64,000 nucleotides of DNA from Octopus sinensis (taxonomy: Eukaryota). Below, piece by piece: positions 1-12,417 of the stretch. Each line of letters starts with the position of its first letter. Position 1 is the first letter of the stretch. A model generated the notes under the pieces. That model was not told the origin of the DNA. It saw only the letters and a program-made list of their open reading frames with translations, and made no database searches. A program made the translations under genes and the position numbers. The stretch is taken from assembly GCF_006345805.1 (NCBI RefSeq), contig NC_043009.1:40486001-40550000 (forward strand), written 5' to 3'.

Positions 1-712
1 ATATATATATATATATATGTGGGTGTATACATATGTATGTATATACATATATGTATATATATATATATACATATATATACATATATATACATATATATAT
101 ATATATGTCTACGTGTAAATATGTATATATAAACACACGCATATATATATGCATATATATATATATATATATATATGTTTGTGTGTGTGTGTATGTGTGC
201 AGTTCCGCATACGTATATGTGTGTGTGTATCTCTATATTCAAAGTACTTTATGGAACTTATATGTATGCATATAAGTTTGTCCATATGTGTGTGTGTGTG
301 TGTGTGTGTATGTGTGTGTGTGTGTAATATTTATGTATGCATCTATGAATAACGTATCTCGAGAAAATATTTACATACTAACATTTATGTTTTTGCTCTG
401 AATTTGTTTTTCAATTTAGTTTTCTGAAACTATTCAAAAGGTCGTCAATGTATCCATAGATATACACACACAGTCATGCACAAACATTCATACATATACG
501 CACATCACATAAGCACACACACACACACGTACAAACACCTGCTCACACGTGCATGCACATATCTACATATGTGTGTCTGTGTGTATGTGTATGAGCGTCT
601 GTGTCTATGTATGTATGTATGTATATGCTAGTGTATGTTAAATTGTTATCCTTGTTATATATATATATGTTGTATGTGTGTGTATGTATATATATTATAT
701 ATACATATATAT

Positions 713-781
<69 letters not shown>

Positions 782-907
782 CATATATATATACATATAT
801 ATACATATATACATATATATACATTTACATAAATACACACGCACACACATCTATATAAGATCTTATCCATCCGCATGTTTGTCTATCTGTCTATCTATCT
901 GTCTGTC

Positions 908-945
<38 letters not shown>

Positions 946-1060
946 GATAATGTATATATGTTTATATACATGCGTGTGTATTTATACATACACTTATGAT
1001 TATGTATTTTCGCATATGCATATATGTATATTTATATTTACATATATATATACATATATA

Positions 1061-1117
<57 letters not shown>

Positions 1118-1846
1118 ATTACGTTTGTATCTGTATGTATGCGTCTGTGCATGTGTATGTGTGAGTCTGTATGTGTGTGTGTGTGTGCGTCTGTTTGTCT
1201 CTGTGTGTTCTGCGTAGTATTTTATGGAACGGTGCGTGTATATTCATATGGGCATAAAAGTCTATGTATATATGTGTGCGTCTATGCGCGTGCGTACATG
1301 ATTGCCTATGCGCATGTGTGTACGCTGATGCGTATGGATATCTCGATATGTTAATATCCTAGGTCTTGCATATACCTGTGCTTCTATGGGTCTGCATTGT
1401 ATATTCGTCTATATTTACGTATTGATTCGTGTGCTTCTGTATGCTTACACTTACCCACACATATAATTGCGTATGTATAAATGCTTACACAGGCCTGTGT
1501 GTGTTTGTGTATGAGCGTGTCTATGTATGAGCCTGTGTGCTTGTAGGTGTTTGTGTGTACTTATGTACATGGGCGTGAATGCGACGTTGTTTATACTTAA
1601 ATTTCTGATGCATTTTGCCTGAGGCTTTCCTGTTACTGCAATAACGTTTTCTCTGCGTTTACATAGAGTTTTTCAAAATTTTTTTTTTCTTCTTAATCTT
1701 CTTCGTTCTCTGCACTTGCATCGTTTTTGTTTGTTAGTTATGATCATCGTGGGATGTATTTGGGATAGTAATACTAGTAGTGATGGCGACAGTTCTGCTC
1801 TTCTTGCTAGTAGTAGTGGCGACTCCAGTGTCATGGGCTTTCTTCC

Positions 1847-1897
<51 letters not shown>

Positions 1898-2092
1898 GTA
1901 TATATATACGTATATATATGCATATATACATGCATATATATACATATATATATATATATAGATAGATAGATAGATAGATAAATAGATATATATGTACGTA
2001 TATATATGCATATATACATGCATATATATATATATTATATATATATATGTACGTATTTATATATATGCATATATACATGCATACATATACAA

Positions 2093-2142
<50 letters not shown>

Positions 2143-2718
2143 TTATATATATACATATATATATACATACATGCATATATATATATATATTTATATATAT
2201 AATATATATACATATATACATATATATATATATATACATACATATATACATACATATATATATACACATATATACTACATATGTATAATATATACATATA
2301 CATATATACATATACACACACACAGCGTATGTCTATATAAGTTGTCCATTTTTTTGTTGTTTTTTTTTTCGTTGTTCTTCCTGCAAGTTTTTTGTTCGTT
2401 TTATCCTATGGATAAGCATTTATTACTTATTTAAGTTTTTGCTCTTATATTCAGCTAGTTCTCTTCAATGATGAAATATTCTCCTCTTAAATTCTATTTA
2501 CGTTATTTTTTTTCTCTCATTTATTTATTTTTTTTTTTCCTTTAACTTTTTCCAAAATTGATATCCTTAAAGAATTCATTTCCATTTCTCGTTGTTTATT
2601 TGAACACTGCTCAATATACATCCATCCATCCGTACCTGCATGCATAAATACATACTTACATACGATATTATGTACGTACGTACATATATACATATATACA
2701 TGCATATATATACGTATG

Positions 2719-2754
<36 letters not shown>

Positions 2755-2844
2755 GAGAGGGGCACATACGCACACATATATATGTAGGGAGAGAGAGATA
2801 TATATAGAGAGAATGAAAGAGTGATGGAGAGTGAGAGAGAGAAA

Positions 2845-2863
2845 CATAGATAGATAGATAGAC

Positions 2864-2929
<66 letters not shown>

Positions 2930-2956
2930 GTAGGTAGGTAGGTAGATAGATAGATA

Positions 2957-2993
<37 letters not shown>

Positions 2994-3090
2994 AGAATAG
3001 ATAGATAGATAGATAGATAGATAGGTAGGTAGGTAGGTAGGTAGATAGATAGATAGATAGATAGATAGATCGATAGATAGATAGATAGAT

Positions 3091-3135
<45 letters not shown>
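2845..3135. repeat. (GATA)n/(GGTA)n tetranucleotide microsatellite
   Basis: Directly visible tandem array. Confidence 0.95.
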
Positions 3136-3136
<1 letters not shown>

Positions 3137-3389
3137 AGTATTCAATATATGTTCACACGACCTTGTTCCAGTTCATATATTTGCTTACTTATTTCTGGAA
3201 GCTCATTTTGTTTTAATATTGCAAATTACTCTAGATCATAAATTTTCCCGCTTGTTTTTCTGTTTTTGGTTACGTAACACAACTGTTGCGATGATGACGC
3301 CAACTGAGGTTGAAGCATTTGTCTACAGCTATCCTCTAGTGAGGAAGACATTCAACCATTTTTCACTTAACGGTGTATTGATTATAACT

Positions 3390-3457
3390 GTTCAGGAGTT
3401 TCACGTAACCGATCATCAGCCTGCTGTCTGATGATCCGTTACGTGAAACTTTGAGTA
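3390..3457. ncRNA. Inverted pair of hammerhead-like cores forming a 23-bp-stem hairpin (Penelope-like relic)
   Basis: 3397-3419 pairs with 3428-3450 (1 mismatch, 8-nt loop); CTGATGA-N10-GAAAC reads outward on both strands. Confidence 0.55.
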
Positions 3458-4489
3458 ACACTTTGAAAAGGTTTTCTGCTTCAAGGAAACATTCTGTGTG
3501 TATGTGTGTGTGTGCGATTGATACACTTACAGGAATATAAATATGTATATGTATTTATACACACATATAGACTCATATGTATTCATATATGTATACTTAC
3601 ATGTATGCATATATATATTCAATATGTGTGAGTGTATGTGTTTGTGTTTGTTTGTGCGCGTGCGCGCGTGTGTGCATGTGTGTGAGTGTGTGACTGCATG
3701 CTTGCGTGCGTGTGTGTTTGTATAATTCGATTTTACGTACATTTCAAATGTTTGTTCCAATATTTTCTGGCAACTTCTGAAAGCAATCTTAATGTCTTCG
3801 ATACCGCAATATTGCATCTGTAGTGATCGAATCCTTGGTAAAAAAAATAAAATAAAATAAACCCTCGCTAGTGATTGTTCTAATACACCTTATCACACGT
3901 AGATATTTAGAAGTCAAATATACAAACATTCACATCTTTGATACAGATGTAAGTAAATATGCACACTGATAACTATTGGCAGCTATAGTATTTATGAAAT
4001 TGCGAGCAAGTTCTACTGATATTAGTGGTAGCGATAACGTTGTGTGCTTATCTCTTCACGGAAATCACCGCACCTTTGTTTATTTAGAGAACTCCACGGT
4101 GGGTGGTTAGTTGTTTGCATGTAGCTGTTGGGTTTATTTACTTTTGTCAAGCTCTGACAGTTTGTTTAATGTTTGAGGAGCTGTCTAGCGCATATGGTTT
4201 CGATCCCTGATGTCTATCAGCAATGTTATTCTACTTTGCAGTTTTACTCCTAATGTCAAGAAGAGCAATGCTTGTAAACTTGTAGATGTTGTTGGAATTT
4301 GTGGTACAAAAATGTAACAGTCGTTGCCAACGAGGTAAAAATAACATCCAGTAACTAGTTATCATACACAGCTCAGATAAATATATTACATACCAGTAAA
4401 TATTTAAAAAAAAAATAGACGCTTATCTTCCAAATTCCATCCTTAAGTCCTTTGTTCTAAGAGATTATAAGCGATTGATAACTTTTCTT

Positions 4490-4897
4490 ATTTCTTTATT
4501 GCCCACAAGGGGCTAAACATAGAGGGAACAAATAAGGACGGACAAAGGGATTAAGTCGATTACATCGACCCCAATGCGTAACTGGTACTTAAGTTATCGA
4601 CTCCGAAAGGATGAAAGGCAAAGTCGACCTCGACGGAATTTGAATTCAGAACGTAGCGGGAGACGAAATACCTATTTCTTTACTACCCACAAGGGGCTAA
4701 ACACAGAGGAGACAAACAAGTACAGACAGACGGATTAAGTCGATTATATCGACCCCAATGCATAACTGGTACTTAATTTAATAAAGATGAAAGGCAAAGT
4801 CAACCTCGGCGGAATTTGAACTCAGAACGTAGCGGCAGACGAAATACTGCTAAGCATTTCACCCGGTGTGCTAACATCTCTGCCAGCTCGCCGCCTT
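4490..4897 (-). mobile_element. SINE family B, dimeric copy
   Basis: Two tandem bodies (gagttcaaattccgccgaggtcgactttgcctttcatc...); 20-bp TSD agcgat(t/c)gataacttttctt at 4470-4489 and 4898-4917. Confidence 0.9.
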
Positions 4898-5658
4898 AGC
4901 GATCGATAACTTTTCTTTACTGTTCTCGACCCTGTGTTTTCCTTTCTGCTTCTCACGAAAAGGAACCCAGCTTTCAGGTAAGCCTCATATATTTCACTGA
5001 GGGAAGGCCTTCTTGTCTGAGGTTTTGTTGGTTTTCAGTTATAATCCGTAACATGTGTCTGTAACTCTGTTTTATTTGGGTTGGGTTGTTGATACTATGC
5101 AAAGCCATTTTTATATCTTGGAAGAGGTGGTCAATGTGTGGCCTATAACCTTTGACCTGCCAAGCAATGGGGATTCTATCAAGAGCTTGCGCTCTGCTGG
5201 CATAGCTGGCGTGAGTGACGCAACTTGATACACTCCAACAAGGACTGGAAAATGTAATGACTTTTTCCACATTCTTTTAACTGTTAAGGAATTCGATTAG
5301 GTAAGTATTTGATATTCGTGATACTGGAAATATTTCTTGCCGTGCATTCTGCACTGCAGAGATCTAGTAAAGCATGGACTAACATATTTAATGTTGTGAG
5401 ACGAGAATAATTTCTATTCATCAGAAATGAAAGCTTTAATGTGAAGAAAATATTATTTAATGAAAAGTTTACTTCAAAAATAAAGAGAATTATAAAATTT
5501 CAATTGACAAAAGATTAAATGGATATATTGATGCGTGTGTGTGTGTGTGTGTGAGTATGTATGTGTGCGTGTGTGCGTGAGTATGTATGTGTGCATGTGT
5601 GCCTGCGCATGTGCATGCGTACATGCACATATGCATGCACAGGAAGAGACATTAGTCT

Positions 5659-5815
5659 GTGACGTCGCAACTCATTTCTACAGCTGAGCGAACTGGAGCA
5701 ACGTGAAATAAAGTGTCTTGCTCAAGAACACAACACATAGCCCAGTCCGGGATTCGAACTCGCAACCTCCCGATCGTAAGCTCGACGCTCTAGCTACTGA
5801 GCCATGCACCTTCAC
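5659..5815 (-). mobile_element. tRNA-derived SINE family D (head plus gtgttcttgagcaagacacttt core)
   Basis: A box tggctcagtagc, B box gagttcgaatccc, ACG in the anticodon-like loop; acceptor stem does not pair and the sequence continues into a SINE core. Confidence 0.8.
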
Positions 5816-5982
5816 ACACGCACACACATATATATACATATATATATATACATTCATACATTCATACATACATACCCACATAAATATACATAATATATAT
5901 TTATATAGATATAGATATACAGATAACCAGTGAGCCATGCACATTCACATATATATTTATAATTATATATACATATAATATT

Positions 5983-6129
5983 CGACGGGTTTCTTTCAGT
6001 TTCCATCTACCAAATCCCCTCACAAAGCTTTGGTCAGTCCAAAGCTATAGTAGTCTAAGTTGCCACGCAGTGGGACTGAACCCTGAACCGTGTGGTCGGG
6101 AAGCAAACTTCTTACTACACAGCCACTCC
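5983..6129 (-). mobile_element. SINE family A, 5' half
   Basis: Matches the head of the copies at 6955-7347 and 11981-12417. Confidence 0.85.
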
Positions 6130-6678
6130 CATATACATAAATATATATATATACGTACATACATAAAATATCAGCGATATTTATTGGCAACAAGTGTAAT
6201 CAACGAAATTTTCTGTAAAATTCCGTTGATTACAAAACTTTACAAGATGGGTTTGCTTTCCGAGTTGATTCCCAACATCTCCGTTCCCTTTCGCAACAAC
6301 ATTACACGTATTGTTTCCTAAATGATTGATGAATACTGAAACCGGATGGTGATTAGCATTGAGAATATTTTTACATAATCAATCTAAATTATAAGTGTCA
6401 AGTTGTGTTGAAAGTCATTAAATTATCTTCGGATAAATTCCAATACAGCAATTCCAAGAAATATTTTAACGACCAACTCAAACATTGAAGTCACATTGAA
6501 ACAAATGTTGCACACTGGAAATGAGGGGAGAAGATGAAGACGAGGTTGTATTTTGTTTGGAGAGTTGCAGCTGACCGGCCGACCGCCCCATTACAGCTCC
6601 GGACAACTAGTTGACATGTCGGCGATTCGTTTCTTGTTAATGGCTTTGTATTTATCCATGTCAAAGATAATTATTTAA

Positions 6679-6888
6679 TTCCTTCTGCTACAGGCACAAG
6701 GCCCTAAATTTTGAGGGAGGAAACTAGTCGATTGCGTCGACTCCAATACTTGAGCGACATTTATCAACCCCCGAAGGATAAAAATCAAAGTCGCTCTTGG
6801 CAGGATTTGATCTCGAAGCATAAATCCAGAAGACATTCCGTTAAGCGTTTACTATGGCGTGGTAACGATTTTGCCAGTTCGCCGCCTT
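6679..6888 (-). mobile_element. SINE family B, diverged
   Basis: Head aaggcggcgaactggca and tail ccttgtgcctgtagcagaa on the minus strand. Confidence 0.75.
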
Positions 6889-6954
6889 AAAGACACTTAT
6901 TCGTGACCGTTGATGTAAATTAGCATCGTAATGTTTGTACGACTGACCACGATA

Positions 6955-7347
6955 TACTCTTTTACTTGTTTCAGTCATTTGACTGCGGCCATGCTGGAGC
7001 ACCGCCTTTAGTCGAGCAAATCGAGCCCAGGACTTTTTCTTTGTAAGCCTAATACTTATTCTATCGCTCTATTTTTGCTGAACCGCAAAGTTACGGGGAC
7101 GTAAACACACCAGCATCGGTCGTCAAGCGATGTTGGGGAGGGGACACAGACACACACACACACACATATATAAACATATACATATATACGACGGGCTTCT
7201 TTCGGTTTCCGTCTACCAAATCCACTCACAAGGCTTTGGTCGATCCGAGGCTATAGTAGAAGACACTTGCCCAAGGTGCCACGCAGTGGGACTGAACCCA
7301 GAACCATGTGGTTGGTAAGCAAGCTACTTACCACACAGCCACTCCTG
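6955..7347 (-). mobile_element. SINE family A, full length
   Basis: Pol III A/B boxes (tggctgtgtgg, ggttcagtccc), internal TA/TG tract, gtaaaaga tail; many near-identical copies in the window. Confidence 0.92.
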
Positions 7348-7968
7348 TAGTTTATGGCCATTATCTAGTACATTATGGTTTTTGTTACATTACTGCACTC
7401 AGTACAAGATCTAAAGCTTCACGTGTCAACATTTAGCATGTACCTGCATTTTTGTACGCAAGACCGAGTAAGGCTTATATTGTGGATGACAATCAGTTTT
7501 TCAAACACACGAGTCTCACCGCTCCATACTATTAATTTTTATCCAAGGGAAACTCAAAGCAAAACAAAGAAGGTTGATAAAATCTTAGCATCCGTGTCGG
7601 TGTTAGTGTTGCTGTCAGAAAAGAAAGAGAAATGAATAGCACAAAGCAACTTGGCCGCCCACTTCTAATAATTCTGCCAAATCCACTGATCTGGTTCCGT
7701 ATACTACTTTATAATCACTTCGAAAGAATTAAAAGACAAAATTGGTCTCGTTGGGGTTTGAACTCAGACTGTAAGTTCTCGGAACCAATGCCATGTGGCA
7801 TACTGTCCAACATTGTAAAGGTTTAACTAATTTGCTGCATAATAGTTCAAAGCGGTCATCTTTTTCCGTAAGTCTAGTTTACTGGGTCTGCGCTGAAGCA
7901 AGCTGTCATGACCAAGATTAGTAAAGCTGATCTTTTTTTTCACAATACACCGGAATGATATATGATGC

Positions 7969-8016
<48 letters not shown>

Positions 8017-8195
8017 TATTTATTTATTTATTTATTTATTTATCTATTCATTTCCCTCTCTCGCTCTCTCTCTCCCTATCTATCTATCTATCTATCTACC
8101 TATCTATTTATCTATCTATCTACCTATCTATTTATCTATCTATCTACCTATCTATTTATCTATCTATCTACCTATCTACCTATCTATCTATCTAT

Positions 8196-8402
8196 TTTTA
8201 TTTTTTTATTTTTTATTTTATTTTAATTTTTTTTTGTTCTTTTCTTCCCTTTTACTATCCCTCTTGATCGAAAACCTACGCCACCCCTTTCTTTTTATTT
8301 TTGGTTCTTTTGTTTTTTTGTTCTTTTTTCATCCCCCAAAAGAAAAGCTCTACCTTGTAACTTGTTCCATCTGTGTGCAGCCCTGTGTGGCCAATAAAGA
8401 AA
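8196..8402 (+). mobile_element. 3' UTR fragment of a Tx1/L1-like LINE within (TATC)n
   Basis: Homologous to the 3' end of 31170-31755 (aaaagctctaccttgtaa...gcagccctgtgtggc.aataaagaaa); TATC repeats on both sides. Confidence 0.75.
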
Positions 8403-8475
8403 TATATCTATCTATCTGTCTGTCTGTCCATCTCACTACACGCGCGTGGCACACGCATACACAAATAGTCATTCA

Positions 8476-8621
8476 TAACTTAGCGGTTCCTGCAAACGCC
8501 ATCGATAAAATAAGTACCAGCGTTAAAAACAGGTACCGAGGTCGTTTCGATCGACCATATTGTTCGAATCGATGCCCCAGTATGGTCGCAATCTAATAAC
8601 TGAAACAAGTAAAAGATAAAA
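8476..8621 (+). mobile_element. SINE family A, diverged 3' fragment
   Basis: taacttagcggttc...actgaaacaagtaaaagataaaa. Confidence 0.7.
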
Positions 8622-8659
8622 TGAAGCTTAAGGATACATACATACAAGCATGAATCTTT

Positions 8660-8679
8660 AACATAAATATATATATATT

Positions 8680-8735
<56 letters not shown>

Positions 8736-9083
8736 CATATATATTTATATATATATATATGTATATATATTGTATATATGTATATGTATATATATATGTA
8801 TATGTACATATATATATATGTATATATGTATATATATATATATGTATATGTACATATATATATATGTATGTATATATATACATATATATATATATATGTA
8901 TATATATATGTATGTATATATACATGTATATATATGTATATATACATGTATATATATACGTGTATATTTATGCATATATATATATGAACGTATGTGTGTT
9001 GTATGTATATATATATATATGTATATATGTGTGTATATATATATATATACATGCATATATATATACATGCATATATACATATA

Positions 9084-9146
<63 letters not shown>

Positions 9147-9180
9147 ACATGCATATATATATATACCCACGCACATATAT
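8660..9180. repeat. Compound (TA)n/(TATG)n microsatellite
   Basis: Visible low-complexity array. Confidence 0.95.
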
Positions 9181-10236
9181 GAACACAGTTGTATGAATAT
9201 ATGAGTTATATATATGTCATAACGGAAATTATAAAGCATTATTTCGGTTCTTCATGAATGAGCTACATCTTCAAGAAGAAAAGACAATATAATAATCTCT
9301 TTATTGCTGTTGTATTTATTGTGGTCGTTGTCACTGTTGTTATTGTTGCTGTTGTTGTTTTACAGCTTCTGTTGTTGTTTTCTTGTTTTTGCTTTGTTTG
9401 TATTTCTTTTTTATTTTGTGTTCAACATAATTTAAGTACAACATCGAACAAAAGGAAAGTCACGTGGGCTTCTGATGGGATATCTGAAGCTTCGAACAGG
9501 AAATAGAGATAGAGTTGTTTTTATTTATTATTTATTTCTTTTATATAGTTTCAAATAGTTTTGTTTATCGTTTATTTCTTTGAGAGTGAGAAGTTGATTA
9601 ATGCGGTCGAATGTCGGGAATTATATCAGTATACTAAATGTCCGCAAAGCAGTGCTTTTGATCTGCAGAAAAAGGAAATTGGAACCAAAGTAGAATAGCC
9701 ATGATAAAAAACAAAACAAAAAAAATCTATTTTTAAGAAAAGACAAATTATTGTCTCCATAAAATATACTTTCATTTTCTTGGTTTTCTTTTTCTGTAAG
9801 TGTTAAGTAACAGCAATGCTTCTTCGTATAAATGGAACTGAACAGAATTCTACGTTTTTAAATGGCCAATTTGGGAAAATAGTGAAGCATCCAGAGAATT
9901 ACTGTAGATTTCAATTAGGTTTCGACTTATTATCAAAAGAAAATTAGGCAAATAGATATTTGTTCGTATGTAGGTGTGAGAAACTCTGGCGGGAAGAATA
10001 TAATCTTAAGGCCAGTTCAAATAAGTTGGAGTTATATTTGTTAAGGTTTTTCCACTGTAGTTCCTTGTGGAGAAAATAAGTTCTCACTTAACACAAGAAG
10101 TTGTTAAAACACCGCGGTCAACTCAGAGCGCCTCTTATTGGACTCATGGATGAATTTTCAAACTCGTTATTTCTCCTCTGTAGCAGATACCAAGAGAGAC
10201 AACTCTGAGCTAATACGCATCAAAGAAGATGAGTAA

Positions 10237-10434
10237 AAAGATCAGCAATTTCGGGTGAAAGGTTTAGTTAAATGCATCAACCCCAGTGCTCAACAGGTAC
10301 TTATTTTATCGACCCCCAAAAGGATGAAAGGCAAATTCGACCTCGGCGGAATTTGAACTCAGAACGTAAGAACAGACGAAATCCCAATAAGCATTTTGCC
10401 CGGCGTGCTAATGATTCAGCCAGCTCGCTGCCTT
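10237..10434 (-). mobile_element. SINE family B
   Basis: Family B body; 12-bp TSD gaagatgagtaa at 10225-10236 and 10435-10446. Confidence 0.88.
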
Positions 10435-10504
10435 GAAGATGAGTAAGAATATTGAAGCCTTTTTTTTATTTTGCTAGTAAAATGGTTCTCAATACAGAAA
10501 CCAT

Positions 10505-10862
10505 TTTACTATGAAGGCCAGAAATTTTCAGAGAAGAGGATTATTCTATACAGGTCTTGAGCAAAGTGTGGCCCACATGACCTTCTGAATGGCAAGCCAA
10601 CGAGAAAACGTAATTTGAATTGTTTTTGTACTGCGATCCGCCTAATGATAATTCATGTCTCATGACCTACTTCTCGAAAAAATAAGTTGCCTATGCCCAG
10701 TCTATACCAGGAACCTCGGTACTTGTCTGGTTGGCACTTTATTTTCATCAACTCTAATAGGGATGAAAGGCAAAGTTCACCTGACGGAATTTGAACTCAG
10801 ATCATAGATAGCCATAACAAATCACATTTTTCGGACGATCTATCGATTCCACCAGCTCACTG
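10505..10862 (-). mobile_element. SINE family B, old copy interrupted by a hAT MITE
   Basis: Tail at 10505-10545 and body at 10710-10862 (ggatgaaaggcaaagttcacctgacggaatttgaactcag). Confidence 0.6.
10551..10699. mobile_element. hAT/Charlie-like MITE
   Basis: Termini caggtcttgagcaaagtgtggccc and aagttgcctatgccca resemble Charlie-type TIRs; 8-bp TSD-like ttctatac/gtctatac. Confidence 0.55.
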
Positions 10863-11602
10863 TCCATTACTCCTCCGAAGTAAAAGTAAATAAAAAAAAA
10901 ATCCTTGTTCACTAAGTATTCTATTAGTGTCACATTAAGAGTAGTGTAATAGAGACGTTAATGTTTTATATACATTAGTATCGTGTATAGTATACTGTAA
11001 TGTATACATTATTAGTGTCACACACCATTAATGACATATTCACATTAGTGCCATATATGGAGTGGCACGTTACAGACGTTGGTGTCAAACATATAAACAG
11101 GAATAGTGGTTAATTGATAAGCTGTTGTTTTAACGTAAAAACCGTCTATTTTTCCATTTCGTTTCCATTATATATTTTCTTTATAACTATTTTATCGTTG
11201 TTTAATCTTCCAGTGGTATCGAATCAACAGTGTAAAACGTAATTTTAAGAGGTCTTTCCATTAGCACACACATCCCAGGAGATATTCTGTTAAAACTCAA
11301 CAATATTCGAAACATTACAAACATCTATTGGGTGATCAAATTCTACGAGATGCCTTTGAAAGCTTACATCTATTGCTTCGGTGTGTGATGGTTTTTGTCA
11401 AAAGGACTTTTCAAATAGATAGTTGACTAACGAATGGACATAAAGTGAGTGTGTAGTGTAGGAGAAAGCGATCCGGTTTCAGTGTTTGGTTAGTAGCAAC
11501 TACTTAACGTTAATGCTTTGTTAAAGACCTTAGGGATATGAATGAAGGCCACAAGCCCTACTCCTAATTTACCTTATGCCAGATAGATTTTAATAGATAC
11601 TA

Positions 11603-11860
11603 TTAGGTCGTCAGATAAATTCATTCGCTTTTTTACTTTTCTGTGTATTTTAAGCCTTTCCATCTTTTATTTGAATGGAGACAAAAAAATATTTTTGTCG
11701 TAGTTCTTTATGTTTTTTTATTTGTTTTTGGTAGTTCTATTCTTACTCTACAATTTTCCATATCATTTTTAAAATTTGAATAAATTTTTACCTCTTTTCA
11801 GACATATTACAATGGCGTAGTGAGTAGGAAAAAAACGAACGAATTTATCTCACAACGCAA
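11603..11860. mobile_element. Mariner-like MITE
   Basis: ~32-bp imperfect TIRs (ttaggtcgtcagataaattcattcgctttttt vs rc ttgcgttgtgagataaattcgttcgttttttt) flanked by TA on both sides. Confidence 0.75.
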
Positions 11861-11980
11861 TACAAATTAAAGATAAATACGCCAACGTTGACGACCTGAA
11901 GTCTATTTACGAGTGGATGCTAAACATTTCCTGGCTTTAGGTGAAAACAAAAAACAGGAGAATAAGTTATGATTTTATTT

Positions 11981-12417
11981 AGTGAGTAGCTTGCTTATGA
12001 ACCACATGGTTCCGGGTTCAGTCCCACTGCGTGGCACCTTGGGCAAGTGTCTTCTACTATAGCCTCGGGCCGACTAAAGCCTTGTGAGTGGATTTGGTAG
12101 ACGAAAACTGAAAGAAACCCGTCGTATATATGTATATTCGTATGTATGTATATATATATATATGTGTGTGTGTGGTGTGTGTGTGTGTGTGTTTGTGTCT
12201 CTGTGTTTGTGTCTCTGTGTTTGTCCCCCCAAAATCGCTTGACAACAGATGCTGGTGTGTTTACGTCCCCGTAACTTAGCGGTTCGGCAAAAGAGACCGA
12301 TAGGATAAGTACTGGGCTTACAAAGAATTAGTCCTGGGGTCGATTTGCTCGACTAAAGGCGGTACTCCAGCATGGCCGCAGTCAAATGATTGAAACAAGT
12401 AAAAGAGTAAAAGAGTA
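11981..12417 (+). mobile_element. SINE family A, slightly 5'-truncated
   Basis: High identity to other family A copies. Confidence 0.92.

Noticed and set aside
4974-5270. 98-aa non-repetitive ORF (minus) and a CAGGTAAG donor at 4975
   Set aside because: No ATG start, no recognisable motif and no partner exon; expected by chance.
5740-5812. tRNA-Arg(ACG)-like gene
   Set aside because: Acceptor stem does not pair, there is no T-run terminator, and it continues into a SINE core.
6200-6660. Possible mariner-like remnant (gcagctgaccggccgac...)
   Set aside because: No TIR pair or transposase motif could be confirmed by eye.
9258-9506. Membrane-protein-like small ORF ending in KVTW
   Set aside because: The hydrophobic run derives from a decayed (GTT)n repeat.
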